Below are positions 5,675 to 15,426 of a DNA stretch of 64,000 nucleotides, piece by piece. The stretch is from a virus. Under the pieces are notes generated by a model. That model ran no database searches and was not told the origin of the DNA. It saw only the letters and a program-made list of their open reading frames with translations. The translations under genes were made by a program, and so were the position numbers. Numbering within the stretch: the first letter of the stretch is position 1; each line of letters begins with the position of its first letter. Location of the stretch: IMG/VR virus record IMGVR_UViG_2864926767_000001; one strand, written 5' to 3'.

Positions 5675-6222
5675 AATTCCTGGTCTTCGTTCTGTTTGCG
5701 CTTATAGTTGCCGGCTGCTCTTCCAGCCCACCTAAGGCCCCTCTTCCACCACAAACTTCAATCAACTTCGGAACTTCTTTTTCGAACTTCGACAGCCTAC
5801 CCGTAACGCTAAGCGCAGCAGTTTCTAAAGACCCTGTCGCATCGAGTCGGAAATATTCAGAGCAAGACCGAATGCGGGCAGTGAAACGCATCCTCGATGC
5901 GAACTTCACCTACAAGCATGACTTCGCCCAATATGGTCGCGGCGTAGCCTGGCACGCACCCTCCCAGGTAAGGGTCGTCAAAGGGAGGTTCGTCGGTGAT
6001 GTGAAGGACTACTGCGTCCTTGCGAGGGCCATGCTAGAGCAGGCTGGGCTCCCGGCCAGGATCGCCATCACCGGCAGAATCTACGACCGTCAGTTCCACT
6101 TCATTGCCCTTTCAAACAATTATGCAATCGACAAACTTCAATTAGATATTCGCGCAACTTCCTACTATGAAATCCAGGCCGTATCGCGGAACGACATAAA
6201 CAAGCCCTGGGAACTCAAGTAA
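5671..6222 (+). CDS. Lipoprotein, transglutaminase-like cysteine-peptidase fold, nucleophile motif altered
   Basis: Lipobox IVAGC; ATGA coupling to ycbK-like gene; GDVKDYC where GDCEDYA is expected; later H and D present. Confidence 0.6.
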   Translation: MKFLVFVLFALIVAGCSSSPPKAPLPPQTSINFGTSFSNFDSLPVTLSAAVSKDPVASSRKYSEQDRMRAVKRILDANFTYKHDFAQYGRGVAWHAPSQVRVVKGRFVGDVKDYCVLARAMLEQAGLPARIAITGRIYDRQFHFIALSNNYAIDKLQLDIRATSYYEIQAVSRNDINKPWELK

Positions 6223-6225
6223 CCG

Positions 6226-6254
6226 TTGGCACTGTAGTTTTCGTGTAATAAACT
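6226..6254 (+). promoter_or_regulatory. Putative sigma70 promoter
   Basis: TTGGCA-17-TAAACT. Confidence 0.45.
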
Positions 6255-6306
6255 CGGGCAAAACAATAATAAGACGGGTGCCCTAATAAGAAGCCCGCTA
6301 CCCGAT

Positions 6307-6774
6307 ATGCCAATCAATCACTATGTCTTTGAGTTCATTCTTGCCTGCGTTTCCATCGGGCTACTGCTCTGCTTCTTCAGGGGGTCACCCGACATCCTGA
6401 AGGACGCGGCACAGAAGGTCTCTTCTTCCAGGACTCTGCTGCGCAATGTGGGTGGCGTAGCCCATACCTGGCGCCTCAAGGTCTACATCGACCACAACGA
6501 AGGCTCCAAAGGCCTGCACTACATCCTCGAGTTCAGGACTCCTACGTCCGTTTTCAAGGAATGGCTGCCGCTCGCCATTGCCCAGGCTGACAACCACTTG
6601 CAGGCACTGCTCATGATCCATCGTGAGCTCAAAGACCAGCTCGACCCTAACGGCCGGGCCCAAGACTGCTACGTCGAATCTTCCTCTCACCTGGCGTTGA
6701 ACAGGGGGCTGGCAGTGGTTGGTGCGGCCTCCCTTGTGTTTGTTGTGCTTCGGCAATTGTTCTATATTTCGTAA
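6307..6774 (+). CDS. Hypothetical membrane protein (N- and C-terminal TM)
   Basis: ORF track; two hydrophobic segments. Confidence 0.65.
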   Translation: MPINHYVFEFILACVSIGLLLCFFRGSPDILKDAAQKVSSSRTLLRNVGGVAHTWRLKVYIDHNEGSKGLHYILEFRTPTSVFKEWLPLAIAQADNHLQALLMIHRELKDQLDPNGRAQDCYVESSSHLALNRGLAVVGAASLVFVVLRQLFYIS

Positions 6775-6822
6775 CCCTCGCCTGGCTTGCCAGGCCCTAC
6801 ACAACAGACCAGGACGCACAGC

Positions 6823-7389
6823 ATGACGATCAAGTCGGACAAATGGATTCGGGAAATGGCGCAAAAGCACGGCATGATCGAGCCGTTCGTAGAGCGCCAG
6901 ATTCGCGGAGCTGAGGATCAGCGCGTGATCTCCTACGGCGTGTCGAGCTACGGATACGATGTTCGCTGCGCCGCCGAATTCAAGGTGTTCACCAACATCC
7001 ACTCCGCCGTGGTCGATCCGAAGAACTTCGACGAGAAGAGCTTCGTCGACATCAACAGCGACGTCTGCATCATTCCGCCGAACTCGTTTGCCCTGGCCCG
7101 CACCGTCGAGTACTTCCGCATCCCGCGTGACGTGCTGACCATCTGCCTGGGCAAGAGCACCTACGCGCGCTGCGGCATCATCGTCAACGTGACCCCGCTG
7201 GAACCGGAGTGGGAAGGCCACGTGACCCTGGAATTCTCCAACACCACCAACCTGCCGGCGAAGATCTACGCGCACGAAGGCGTGGCGCAGATGCTGTTCC
7301 TGCAGTCCGACGAGGCATGCGAGGTGTCTTACCGTGATCGCGGCGGCAAGTACCAGGGCCAGACCGGGGTCACGCTCCCGAAGGCATAA
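6823..7389 (+). CDS. dcd: dCTP deaminase
   Basis: [48 protein letters not shown], typical gammaproteobacterial Dcd. Confidence 0.97.
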   Translation: MTIKSDKWIREMAQKHGMIEPFVERQIRGAEDQRVISYGVSSYGYDVRCAAEFKVFTNIHSAVVDPKNFDEKSFVDINSDVCIIPPNSFALARTVEYFRIPRDVLTICLGKSTYARCGIIVNVTPLEPEWEGHVTLEFSNTTNLPAKIYAHEGVAQMLFLQSDEACEVSYRDRGGKYQGQTGVTLPKA

Positions 7390-7400
7390 CCCATCGCTCG

Positions 7401-7531
7401 GTAGCGGGACAGCTGTAGTCCCGCTACGCGGCGAAGTCACCCCGCCCTTCGGGCCAAGCCCGGCAGTCGCTCTAGCTCCTCTTGCCGGGAAAGGCGTACC
7501 AAGCGGCAATAGTCCCGCTTCGCGGCGAAGT
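7401..7531. repeat. Hairpin-rich intergenic region with a 22-nt direct repeat
   Basis: TAGTCCCGCT(A/T)CGCGGCGAAGT at 7416-7437 and 7510-7531; 10-bp hairpin GTAGCGGGAC/GTCCCGCTAC at 7401-7427. Confidence 0.7.
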
Positions 7532-7608
7532 TTGGGCTGAGCAAAGCCCAGCCTCCTTCCTTTTGGCGAGTAGTAGCCCTGCCCTTGGCAGCGGAAGGGC
7601 CTCGCTGC

Positions 7609-7845
7609 TCAGGTCTGCTGCAGAGTGTCGGGATAGCCCGTCGTGATCCCCTTGCCTGTCGCTTTGATCTTGATGATGCGGTGTGGTGGGTAATGCGTCA
7701 TCTCCCCTTCCTTTGTATGCCTGTAGCCGGTCTGGATGATCGCAGAGCAGTGCTCGCGGGCGGACTCCGGCGATGCCACTTCGTACTTGTAGATGTTGCC
7801 GCAGTCGATGTAGACCTGGATTGTGATCTTTTCGGACTCGCTCAT
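7609..7845 (-). CDS. Small hypothetical protein
   Basis: GGGAG SD before ATG 7845. Confidence 0.7.
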   Translation of the reverse strand: MSESEKITIQVYIDCGNIYKYEVASPESAREHCSAIIQTGYRHTKEGEMTHYPPHRIIKIKATGKGITTGYPDTLQQT

Positions 7846-7967
7846 TGGGCTTTCTCCCATGCACATTTAGCGGGGAATTGTTCCCTGGGCAGTGCTCTCG
7901 GTCAACCACGCGCGCCCTTCGACCTGAAAGGTGCCTATTGAGTACAAAAGGCTCATTTCATGACATA

Positions 7968-7996
7968 TTGACATGATGCTTGGTTGCTAGTAAGAT
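7968..7996 (+). promoter_or_regulatory. sigma70 promoter
   Basis: TTGACA-17-TAAGAT upstream of 8021. Confidence 0.75.
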
Positions 7997-8020
7997 GTCT
8001 CAAAGTTCAGAAGGATCGGA

Positions 8021-8821
8021 ATGATGAAAACACTCGTAGCTGCCCTCGCCCTGCTGGTAGCCGGCCATGCTGGTGCTGCCAACCTGTACAAGGATGGCAC
8101 TGAAGCCCACAAGATGGCTGCTTTTGTGGAGAACATCGTCCCGGCCGACATGAGCATTGTCTTCGTCCAGGAAGGAAAGCCTGGTGTTTACGATTCTCAG
8201 CTGGACAAAGCCAAGTTGGCATCGGCGGCTGTGAGCGAAAAGTCTATCTCGAAGATCAGCTCAGCCAGCTTCAGCAAGGGGCTGTCGGTTGATCGTGCTG
8301 CGGCGATGACTGTTGTTGATGGAACCATTCCTGAGAACCGTCCTGCACCCCGAGTGTGCGGCATCTATTTCCGCGATGCTCGCGAACAGAAAAGCTACGT
8401 CGGCCTCACACACGAATCGATTCACTGCGCCCTTCGCCCTCTGTACGGCGACAAGGCATTCGTGCGTGCAATGCAGCCGGTTGCCGACCTCAAGGTCGAC
8501 CTGTCGGTGTACAACAAGATCGCCTACTTCGAAGAGTTGGTGGTTGCTGGCTCGATCATCTCCATGAACGACCGGGGCGACATTCCTGCAATGTACCGCA
8601 GGAACATTGGCAATGCCCTCAAGCGCGGCCCCAACCACGCGGGGACGCCTTACTACAGCTTCCTTCGCCTCATGGAGCTTTGCCCTGTCGGCGCCAAGTG
8701 CCCGAGCACTCCGAAAGAGGCCGCTGAGTTCTTGGCGAAAGACAAGATGATGCTCGAGGCTATGCAGAAGGACTTCAGCTTCTTCGCGGTCGCAGACGGC
8801 CAAATCAGAAAAGCCCCCTGA
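8021..8821 (+). CDS. Secreted protein with HExxH (THESIH), possible zinc metallopeptidase
   Basis: Signal peptide MMKTLVAALALLVAGHAGA; HESIH motif. Confidence 0.6.
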   Translation: MMKTLVAALALLVAGHAGAANLYKDGTEAHKMAAFVENIVPADMSIVFVQEGKPGVYDSQLDKAKLASAAVSEKSISKISSASFSKGLSVDRAAAMTVVDGTIPENRPAPRVCGIYFRDAREQKSYVGLTHESIHCALRPLYGDKAFVRAMQPVADLKVDLSVYNKIAYFEELVVAGSIISMNDRGDIPAMYRRNIGNALKRGPNHAGTPYYSFLRLMELCPVGAKCPSTPKEAAEFLAKDKMMLEAMQKDFSFFAVADGQIRKAP

Positions 8822-8838
8822 CGGGGGCTTTTCTTTTG
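8809..8838 (+). terminator. Intrinsic terminator (likely bidirectional)
   Basis: AAAAGCCCCC-TGAC-GGGGGCTTTTCTTTT between convergent genes. Confidence 0.75.
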
Positions 8839-8845
8839 GGGGGCG

Positions 8846-10798
8846 TTACAGGGACAGGCCGCTGTCTTTACCCTTCGTCTGCGAGAAGAGCAGGTCAAGA
8901 TCTTCCCTTGAGTAGGTTCCCTTCGGCACCGCTTGCGCCATCTTCTCAACAGCTGCTGGGCCGTGAGCGACGCTAGCCACCGATGCAGCATGATCCGCCA
9001 ACGGCCTTACCGGGGCATGGTAGGACGGATCGATGACCTGATGCGGAACCTGCAGAACGAAGGGATGCCCATCTGGGGTAACCAACGGGAGGATGTTCGG
9101 GTTAGACCCGATCAGCTCTTTGTTGGCCTCGTAGAGTGCGTTCACCGCATTGGTCACGCTGGCATTCGTTACCGGAACACCGGCCTCTGACAGCGACTTC
9201 TCAGCGATCTTCCAGAGGCTATCCCCCTTCACCACAGTGTGCGTTGGCACCACTTCGGCGCTGGGCGCGACTACTGCCTCTGCTGGAGCAGTAGATTCAG
9301 GAGCAACTGGCACATCAGCATTTGGAGTAACTACCGGCGACTCTGCATGCACCTCGGCAGGTGCTTCAGGAACCACCGGAGAGTCGTCCATCAGGGCATC
9401 TTCGGAGGAGTAGCCGTTAGACGGATCAACACCGGGAATACCTGCGAACATATTCCCAGATGCATCCAGGTGCACCGAGCCACCTGCTCCAGGGAAGAAT
9501 TCGGTGCCGGCAAGGCGCTTACCGAGCTCGGCTGCCTGGTTGTAGGCATACTCGGCACCGTCACGAACTACGCCCAGGCTGTCGCCCGCGACATGGCCAG
9601 CTGCTGCCAAGTTCGGGTAGTGCGTTCCGATAGTGTCGCCGGCTACCGCAAGCTGCTCTGAGAGCTCGCCAGTGAATTTGGAGCCGGCTTCTGCGACAGC
9701 AGCGTAACCACTCGAAGCCAGATCCTTGCTGGCATCGACCGCACCATGGAATGCGCTGGCAATAGCGTTGTTGATATCTGCCAACGCCTCTACGGGATGC
9801 GTAGTCGCTTTGATGATGAAGTCGGCGGTATCCATGTAGGCGTGTCCGACAACAGCGCCTGCCGCAGCACCGTATTCTGATGCGGTCTCGAAAGCTACTT
9901 CGGCGCCATGCTGGATCGACTCTGAACCAGAGGCCATGCCGGCCTGAATGGAGCTGTTGATGCCTTCCATCGTGGCGTCGTAGTTTGAGGCCAGGTTTTC
10001 TACAGTGCTGCCCACTGAGCCGAAGTCGATGTGCGAAGCACCCAGGCACAGGCCGGCCAGCGCGATGGTCGGCACGCCATACTTCTTGAAGGTCTCGGAG
10101 CCGAAGATGGCTGCAGCCGTTTCCTTCATCTCCGCGAACTTGTCAGCGATCTTGCTGGTGGGTACGCCCTGCTTCTCCAGGGAATCTGTAATCTTGTCGG
10201 CAAGGGTCTTGGCCAGACTCCGGACGCTTTCGTTCTCGCCCAGTTTGCGGGCAAGGTAGACACCGGCCTTGAAGCCGATCTTGGTCACGATGGTGCCGCT
10301 GGCACAGGCGATCCCCAGTGCAGCGACATTGAGGGCCTTGTGGCCATGCTCGCTGTTGAGGAAGTGCACGATGTTGTCGCGCACTGCCGCGACACGGGCA
10401 CCGAGCAGCGGACGAGAAGCGTCAGGGAAGGCTTCTTCGAAAGCACCAGTGGTCTTCAGGAAGTCCGTGAACTCAGCCGGAAGCTTTCCGATTTCTTCCT
10501 GCGTTAGACCAGCACGGCCTTCCAGGTAGGAGTTGATCGGGAAATCGTTGGCCTGCTTGGCGACTGCCGTCCAGACATCTTCGAACATCGCCTGGCTCTC
10601 GGCGATGGACTCATCCTGGAACAGCGTCTCGAAGACGCTGCGAGGGTCTTTGCGGTTTTTCTCCTGGCGCATAACGGCCTGGAGAAGCTCCTCGAACCTG
10701 CCCTGGCGCTCCAGCTCCCTGATGACCATCAGGTACTGCATGTAGCGCTTGGAGTCGTGAAGGCTCACGTCAATGTCGGGATTCAGGTCAGTAGCCAT
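8846..10798 (-). CDS. Large protein with Ala-rich middle, Pro/Glu linker and C-terminal LysM domain
   Basis: HTVVKGDSLWKIA..ALYEANK..IGSNPNIL; AGGAC SD; ends KDSGLSL. Confidence 0.8.
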   Translation of the reverse strand: MATDLNPDIDVSLHDSKRYMQYLMVIRELERQGRFEELLQAVMRQEKNRKDPRSVFETLFQDESIAESQAMFEDVWTAVAKQANDFPINSYLEGRAGLTQEEIGKLPAEFTDFLKTTGAFEEAFPDASRPLLGARVAAVRDNIVHFLNSEHGHKALNVAALGIACASGTIVTKIGFKAGVYLARKLGENESVRSLAKTLADKITDSLEKQGVPTSKIADKFAEMKETAAAIFGSETFKKYGVPTIALAGLCLGASHIDFGSVGSTVENLASNYDATMEGINSSIQAGMASGSESIQHGAEVAFETASEYGAAAGAVVGHAYMDTADFIIKATTHPVEALADINNAIASAFHGAVDASKDLASSGYAAVAEAGSKFTGELSEQLAVAGDTIGTHYPNLAAAGHVAGDSLGVVRDGAEYAYNQAAELGKRLAGTEFFPGAGGSVHLDASGNMFAGIPGVDPSNGYSSEDALMDDSPVVPEAPAEVHAESPVVTPNADVPVAPESTAPAEAVVAPSAEVVPTHTVVKGDSLWKIAEKSLSEAGVPVTNASVTNAVNALYEANKELIGSNPNILPLVTPDGHPFVLQVPHQVIDPSYHAPVRPLADHAASVASVAHGPAAVEKMAQAVPKGTYSREDLDLLFSQTKGKDSGLSL

Positions 10799-10934
10799 AG
10801 GATTGTCCTCTTTTCATCAATCTATCACTGCAGATTTTTCAGCATCAACAGATGGCGCAATATCCAGATAAAGATTGACTATCTCCTTTTATGCATTATT
10901 CTTGGTGTCACTTAGACATGAAATGGAGTTTCCC

Positions 10935-11126
10935 ATGCCTGCAGCTTCCCTCACTCCCGCCCAGCTCTCCCTCCTGCGTGAAGAGAGCGGCATCGAGTCG
11001 AACCTCAACGCCGACCTGAAAGTCCTGGTTGATCTCGGCCTGGCCACCAGCACCGAGACCCTCACCGGCTCCCTCACCTGGAACATCACCGAAGCCGGCA
11101 AAGAGCGCGCTCAGCTGCCCTCCTGA
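10935..11126 (+). CDS. Small winged-helix-like protein
   Basis: GGAG SD; LVDLGLA..WNITEAGKE pattern. Confidence 0.55.
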   Translation: MPAASLTPAQLSLLREESGIESNLNADLKVLVDLGLATSTETLTGSLTWNITEAGKERAQLPS

Positions 11127-11129
11127 GCC

Positions 11130-12176
11130 TCAGGGCTCAAAGCCTTCATTCGTCGCCTTTGGCGAGACTAGCTGTAGAAGATGCCCGTACTCCTCCTGGG
11201 CATCTTCATCAGCGAACTTCGCACCTCGCAGAACCCCTTTGCTCACCACGATCTCGCTGTTCGGCGAGATGGTTCCCTGGATGATGTCCTCGGGCCGGTA
11301 CTCAACTTCGAGAATCAGGTCGGCCAGGTCGCTCATGCCGGTGTAGTACTCCGTGAAGCCCACATCAGTTCCGAGATATAGGCCGCCTTTCGGCGCGAGG
11401 ACGCGACCTAGTTCCAGGTCGACAGACTCGGCTCCGTAGAGGGTACTGACCTTCTGGGTATCAGGGTCAAAGGCTACAACCCGGTAGCCCATGTGTGGCC
11501 CACTTTTGGCTCCCTCGAAGTCACGGAAGAACTTAAGCTCTGCCTCCGACAGATGGGTAGCAACGGTCACGCCTTCCAGGTAGTTGCTTACCTCATTCGC
11601 CAGATCCTGCGCCAGCCCGTTACCCCGGAGGTCGCGCAGGACGTAGATGCCCTGCACTACCTTCTCCTTATCGACCGCAACACCAGCCACTGCCTCTCCA
11701 TCCTTGTAGAGCACGAATCGAGTAACTGTGCCCTGGATTTGGCGAATATCGTGACGGATTGGGGCTGCAATCCTCTCATCTCCGTTCTGGCCCGCCAGGC
11801 GGCCGTCGTTCGGGCCAAGGAGAATTCTGGATGCCGAGTTCGAATACAGCCACTCGCGCTGAGCAATCGCTGCGGACGGGTCAGAGCTCTTCGGAGCCCG
11901 GCCATCGACCGTGAAGAAAAACTCGAAACCGCTGTGTTGTGCGAAGAAAACGACCTCCTCGTCAAACCGGGCCACGTAGAAGACAACGTCCTCATAGGCT
12001 CTGACCAGGTCATCCAGGCTCTCACCATCATCCAGCCAGGCGCTCGGGTCGCAATTCCTTTCAAATTCAGCTTGGCTGATACGGGTCGCCCTCCCCATCA
12101 GGCTATGCCAGATGGCCTCACCGTTGTCGGCGCGGGAACGAAGTGCCTGGCAGGTCAGCGCGTACTTAAAGTCCAT
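11130..12176 (-). CDS. Multidomain (polyvalent-type) protein with a central GNAT acetyltransferase domain
   Basis: VAGVAV..QGIYVLRDLRGNGLAQDL matches GNAT motif A. Confidence 0.65.
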   Translation of the reverse strand: MDFKYALTCQALRSRADNGEAIWHSLMGRATRISQAEFERNCDPSAWLDDGESLDDLVRAYEDVVFYVARFDEEVVFFAQHSGFEFFFTVDGRAPKSSDPSAAIAQREWLYSNSASRILLGPNDGRLAGQNGDERIAAPIRHDIRQIQGTVTRFVLYKDGEAVAGVAVDKEKVVQGIYVLRDLRGNGLAQDLANEVSNYLEGVTVATHLSEAELKFFRDFEGAKSGPHMGYRVVAFDPDTQKVSTLYGAESVDLELGRVLAPKGGLYLGTDVGFTEYYTGMSDLADLILEVEYRPEDIIQGTISPNSEIVVSKGVLRGAKFADEDAQEEYGHLLQLVSPKATNEGFEP

Positions 12177-12210
12177 AAGGGATACCTTGTGCTTTTCCTC
12201 ATCTTAGGGT

Positions 12211-12825
12211 GTGATGCGCGCCAACCTCAATCGGCATCAGCCTGCCGGCCGGAAACAAGGAGAATCTGTGGACTGGAAGGAGCTTCACTCATTCCACATC
12301 GTGCACCGTGGTGAATATGACCTGCTCTTCGAGATGATCCTGCCCGACTATGGCGTCGACGGGCTGTTGGTGCGCCAGCAACCTAACGACATCCAGGTGA
12401 TCATGTCGGAAATCGTGAGACGCTGGATCGAAGAGGGACATGCTGAGTTCCTCACATACGTAGCCCAAGGACTGCGCTTGAAGAAAGCGCTCATCTCCAC
12501 CTCACGTGCGATTAGTCGGCGCCTCTCGGGAACGTTGGCCAAGATCAGTGAGCGGCAATGCCTTGGCGCACTCGTCGACCACGACGCTCAGGCCTTCACG
12601 GCCTACGTCACGAACCTTTGGGAGGGGTACAGAAACACGCAGACCTTTACCGACCTGGTGGAATCGGTGATGGAAGCGCCAGGCCGGCTAGATGAACTCA
12701 GGAAAGCCAAGGTAACGCGTTACCAGGCAATGCGGCTGCACGAGTGCTTGCCCTGTGACTGGCTGCTCGACCGTATGGGTCTAGCGTACCAGACAAGGGC
12801 AATGGCAAACGTGATGGGACTTTAG
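12211..12825 (+). CDS. Hypothetical protein
   Basis: ORF track; C-terminus resembles the shared motif (QTRAMANVMGL). Confidence 0.6.
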   Translation: MMRANLNRHQPAGRKQGESVDWKELHSFHIVHRGEYDLLFEMILPDYGVDGLLVRQQPNDIQVIMSEIVRRWIEEGHAEFLTYVAQGLRLKKALISTSRAISRRLSGTLAKISERQCLGALVDHDAQAFTAYVTNLWEGYRNTQTFTDLVESVMEAPGRLDELRKAKVTRYQAMRLHECLPCDWLLDRMGLAYQTRAMANVMGL

Positions 12826-13511
12826 CCGCCGTTTATCGTTTCCGAACTGAGGTCGGCGCCAACGAACTTGAGCAGTGCGATCTCATTGGAGCAGTAGGTC
12901 GAAGACAGGGTGAACGCCAGGTCTCTCCAGGCCTGCTGCTTCTGGATCATTGCGAACTGGCCGCTCGGCATGGCTTCGATCTCGGGGTCGAGAGCACGGC
13001 AAGCCCCAGTACCGATCAGTTCGAAGAACTCGTTCGGGAAGGCCGCGATGAACTTACCGATATCACCCTGCCGGCGGGCCCTGGAAGCCAGGACTTCCAG
13101 CAGACCGGCCAGCGATGTGTCTGGGTTGAACCTGGAGAGGATTTCTAGCCAATCAGGCTCCCACTTGTCGCCGCCGGTCTCAATGTGCTTGTACAGCATG
13201 CACGGGCGGCCGATTTCGACCATGTTCAGCCCGTCGTGCATCATTGCCCCATAGACCAGGTCGACCGGAAGTCCATGGTTCTCGATGCGGTCGACGAGGA
13301 AATCGCGGCCGGCGGCCGAGTACAGGAGGATCGCCAGCGTCCAGGGGCCAGTGCCGCTACCAGTCAGGTAGTCACGAATCCCTTCGAGGATGGGCTTGTT
13401 GGTGAACAACGGCTTAGCCATTGCATCGAACTGGGCGGCGTCTTTGATCAGGTCACCGTTGAGTTCAAACAACTTCCTCAGGCGGTGTTCGGAAAGCAGT
13501 GCGGGATTCAT
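12822..13511 (-). CDS. Hypothetical protein
   Basis: ORF track; GAGAGG SD. Confidence 0.65.
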   Translation of the reverse strand: MNPALLSEHRLRKLFELNGDLIKDAAQFDAMAKPLFTNKPILEGIRDYLTGSGTGPWTLAILLYSAAGRDFLVDRIENHGLPVDLVYGAMMHDGLNMVEIGRPCMLYKHIETGGDKWEPDWLEILSRFNPDTSLAGLLEVLASRARRQGDIGKFIAAFPNEFFELIGTGACRALDPEIEAMPSGQFAMIQKQQAWRDLAFTLSSTYCSNEIALLKFVGADLSSETINGG

Positions 13512-13590
13512 GTGTCACCTCTCGAATCCCTACAATTTACAGAATAAAGAGGGACTTTCAATCCCCCTTTTTCCATCATTCCGGTATAGC

Positions 13591-14706
13591 CTACATCTCG
13601 AATCCGCCAAGTTCTTTGGCTTTGGCTTTCTTTGGAACTGGTTCTTCCTGATGAACTTCGGCGTGTTCGCACTTTCTGATCAAGCCGAAAACATCGATGG
13701 GGTCATTTCCACGGGGCTCTGTGATTTTCCCGAGCGGAGATATTGTAACTTTCACCCCATCCTCCAGATTGAGCATGTAACCGGTGCCATTGCCGGCCGC
13801 ATACATTCCGATTAACCCCCCGCTCACCTGCATTTCCTTGGTCGGATCGATCTTCAGCAGATCCTGGAGTTCAATGGTTCCGTACCAGCACGGCAGGCTT
13901 GTGTATCCGCAGTTATCGTAGATGGTTGCTACGTCCTCAATAGGGACTACCGAGGCCCCAGGTGCGATGCCCATCTCATCATCGGCCTCGATCCACTTGT
14001 CGAACTCATCCATGTCCGTTGGTGCCTCGCCAGCGGTGATTGCTGCCAAAGGGCTTGCATTGAGGAGCCTGAACAGGGACTTGAGACCATCCGTTTTCAG
14101 GTGGTCGCCGGCATCCTGGAAGCCACCGTTTGCTTCGATGTCTCCAAAGTCTCGGTATTGGCGGTTGATATCTTCATCACCAGAAGGGGCAACGTAAACC
14201 AGCGGAATTCGCACGTTCTTAACCGCACTGAGAATATCTGATGGGTCGTTTTCAATGACCTTCTCTGTGATTGCTTGTCTGATTTCCGTCGAGAGATCGT
14301 CGGAGTCGACGTCACAACCTAGCTCATCGGAGATTGCACAGATTTTTTGGACAGCCTCTTTAACTTTTCTTTCGCTAAATACCATGTCTGAGACAACATC
14401 TTCCTGACTGTCTACCCCGAGGTTTCCCTCGAAGCCCATCTCAAGCAAGATGTCGGTGATGGTGTCACTCCATGACAGCTCGGGGGCTTTCCCAGATTTC
14501 GGCGAACGGTAGTCCGTCATTGCCTCGGCGACCTTCACCGACAGCATCTTAAGGTTGTCTCCCTCGATCCTGATGTCGTGCCAGTGGTAGCTGTCGAATT
14601 TCCCTGCAAGCTCGTCGATAAGATCACTCAGGCCGTCACGCCACGAGTCCAGGACGTCTACGTTCTCAATCTGGTACTCGTTCCCATCCAGCTCAATCGT
14701 TGTCAT
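13591..14706 (-). CDS. Acidic hypothetical protein
   Basis: GGAG SD before ATG 14706; ends KELGGFEM. Confidence 0.75.
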   Translation of the reverse strand: MTTIELDGNEYQIENVDVLDSWRDGLSDLIDELAGKFDSYHWHDIRIEGDNLKMLSVKVAEAMTDYRSPKSGKAPELSWSDTITDILLEMGFEGNLGVDSQEDVVSDMVFSERKVKEAVQKICAISDELGCDVDSDDLSTEIRQAITEKVIENDPSDILSAVKNVRIPLVYVAPSGDEDINRQYRDFGDIEANGGFQDAGDHLKTDGLKSLFRLLNASPLAAITAGEAPTDMDEFDKWIEADDEMGIAPGASVVPIEDVATIYDNCGYTSLPCWYGTIELQDLLKIDPTKEMQVSGGLIGMYAAGNGTGYMLNLEDGVKVTISPLGKITEPRGNDPIDVFGLIRKCEHAEVHQEEPVPKKAKAKELGGFEM

Positions 14707-14811
14707 GCCAGGCTCCAATTTTCACCAGTATGGAGAAAGCATGGAATTCAGCTCAACGGGTATTTGAACCTGGCGCCACTCCATCCCTAGAATTGGGTAG
14801 AGGGAGATTAA

Positions 14812-15426
14812 ATGAGCCAGAACATACCCAATCATCTTCACTACGAGATCTACCAGTCGCTCCAGCACGTTGTGCCGGCGGACGCTGTGCGCCAAGCACT
14901 GGTGGAAGATGAAGCCGCGCGCCTCGTAATCTGCGGCCGCAATCCTGAAGAGGTCGAGGCCTACGCTGCACGCGTTAGAGAGCTTGGCCCGGAGGCCCTG
15001 GTCGCCACGGCCTTCGAGATGTGCATCACCAACGATAGGTGCGACGGAGATGGAAACGTCGGAATCGACCGGGACGGCAAGATCTCTTTCCAGACCCGAG
15101 ACCTCTACCGACAATTTCTGCTTAATTCCGTCTGCTCAGCGCTTACCACCGCCGCCGGCCGCGAGCTGGAAGAGCCCGAACTCAAGCTGGTAAGGGACGG
15201 GGTTGACCGCCTGAAATCGCAAGGTAGAGTCACTATCTCGGTGGACTCCATTGGCCACGAGCTCGTGCTGTCCCGCGAAGATTGCTCTGTGTCCGGCGTT
15301 ACGCTGGGTACACCGATCACTCAGCCGCATTATCGCGATATTGAAACCAGTCTGATTCAGTTCGTTGAGCAGTACCTGCCGGCGAACACCAATGAAGTCG
15401 ACAACTCCCCTGGAGTGAGCGTATGA
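14812..15426 (+). CDS. Hypothetical protein
   Basis: GGGAG SD; ATGA overlap with next gene. Confidence 0.75.
   Translation: MSQNIPNHLHYEIYQSLQHVVPADAVRQALVEDEAARLVICGRNPEEVEAYAARVRELGPEALVATAFEMCITNDRCDGDGNVGIDRDGKISFQTRDLYRQFLLNSVCSALTTAAGRELEEPELKLVRDGVDRLKSQGRVTISVDSIGHELVLSREDCSVSGVTLGTPITQPHYRDIETSLIQFVEQYLPANTNEVDNSPGVSV

Noticed and set aside
6385-7509. Long antisense ORFs (also 20959..21954, 25587..26606, 40423..41406, 51616..52461, 53954..54685, 63303..63983)
   Set aside because: They are shadows of well-supported genes on the opposite strand, expected with high GC3 codon usage.
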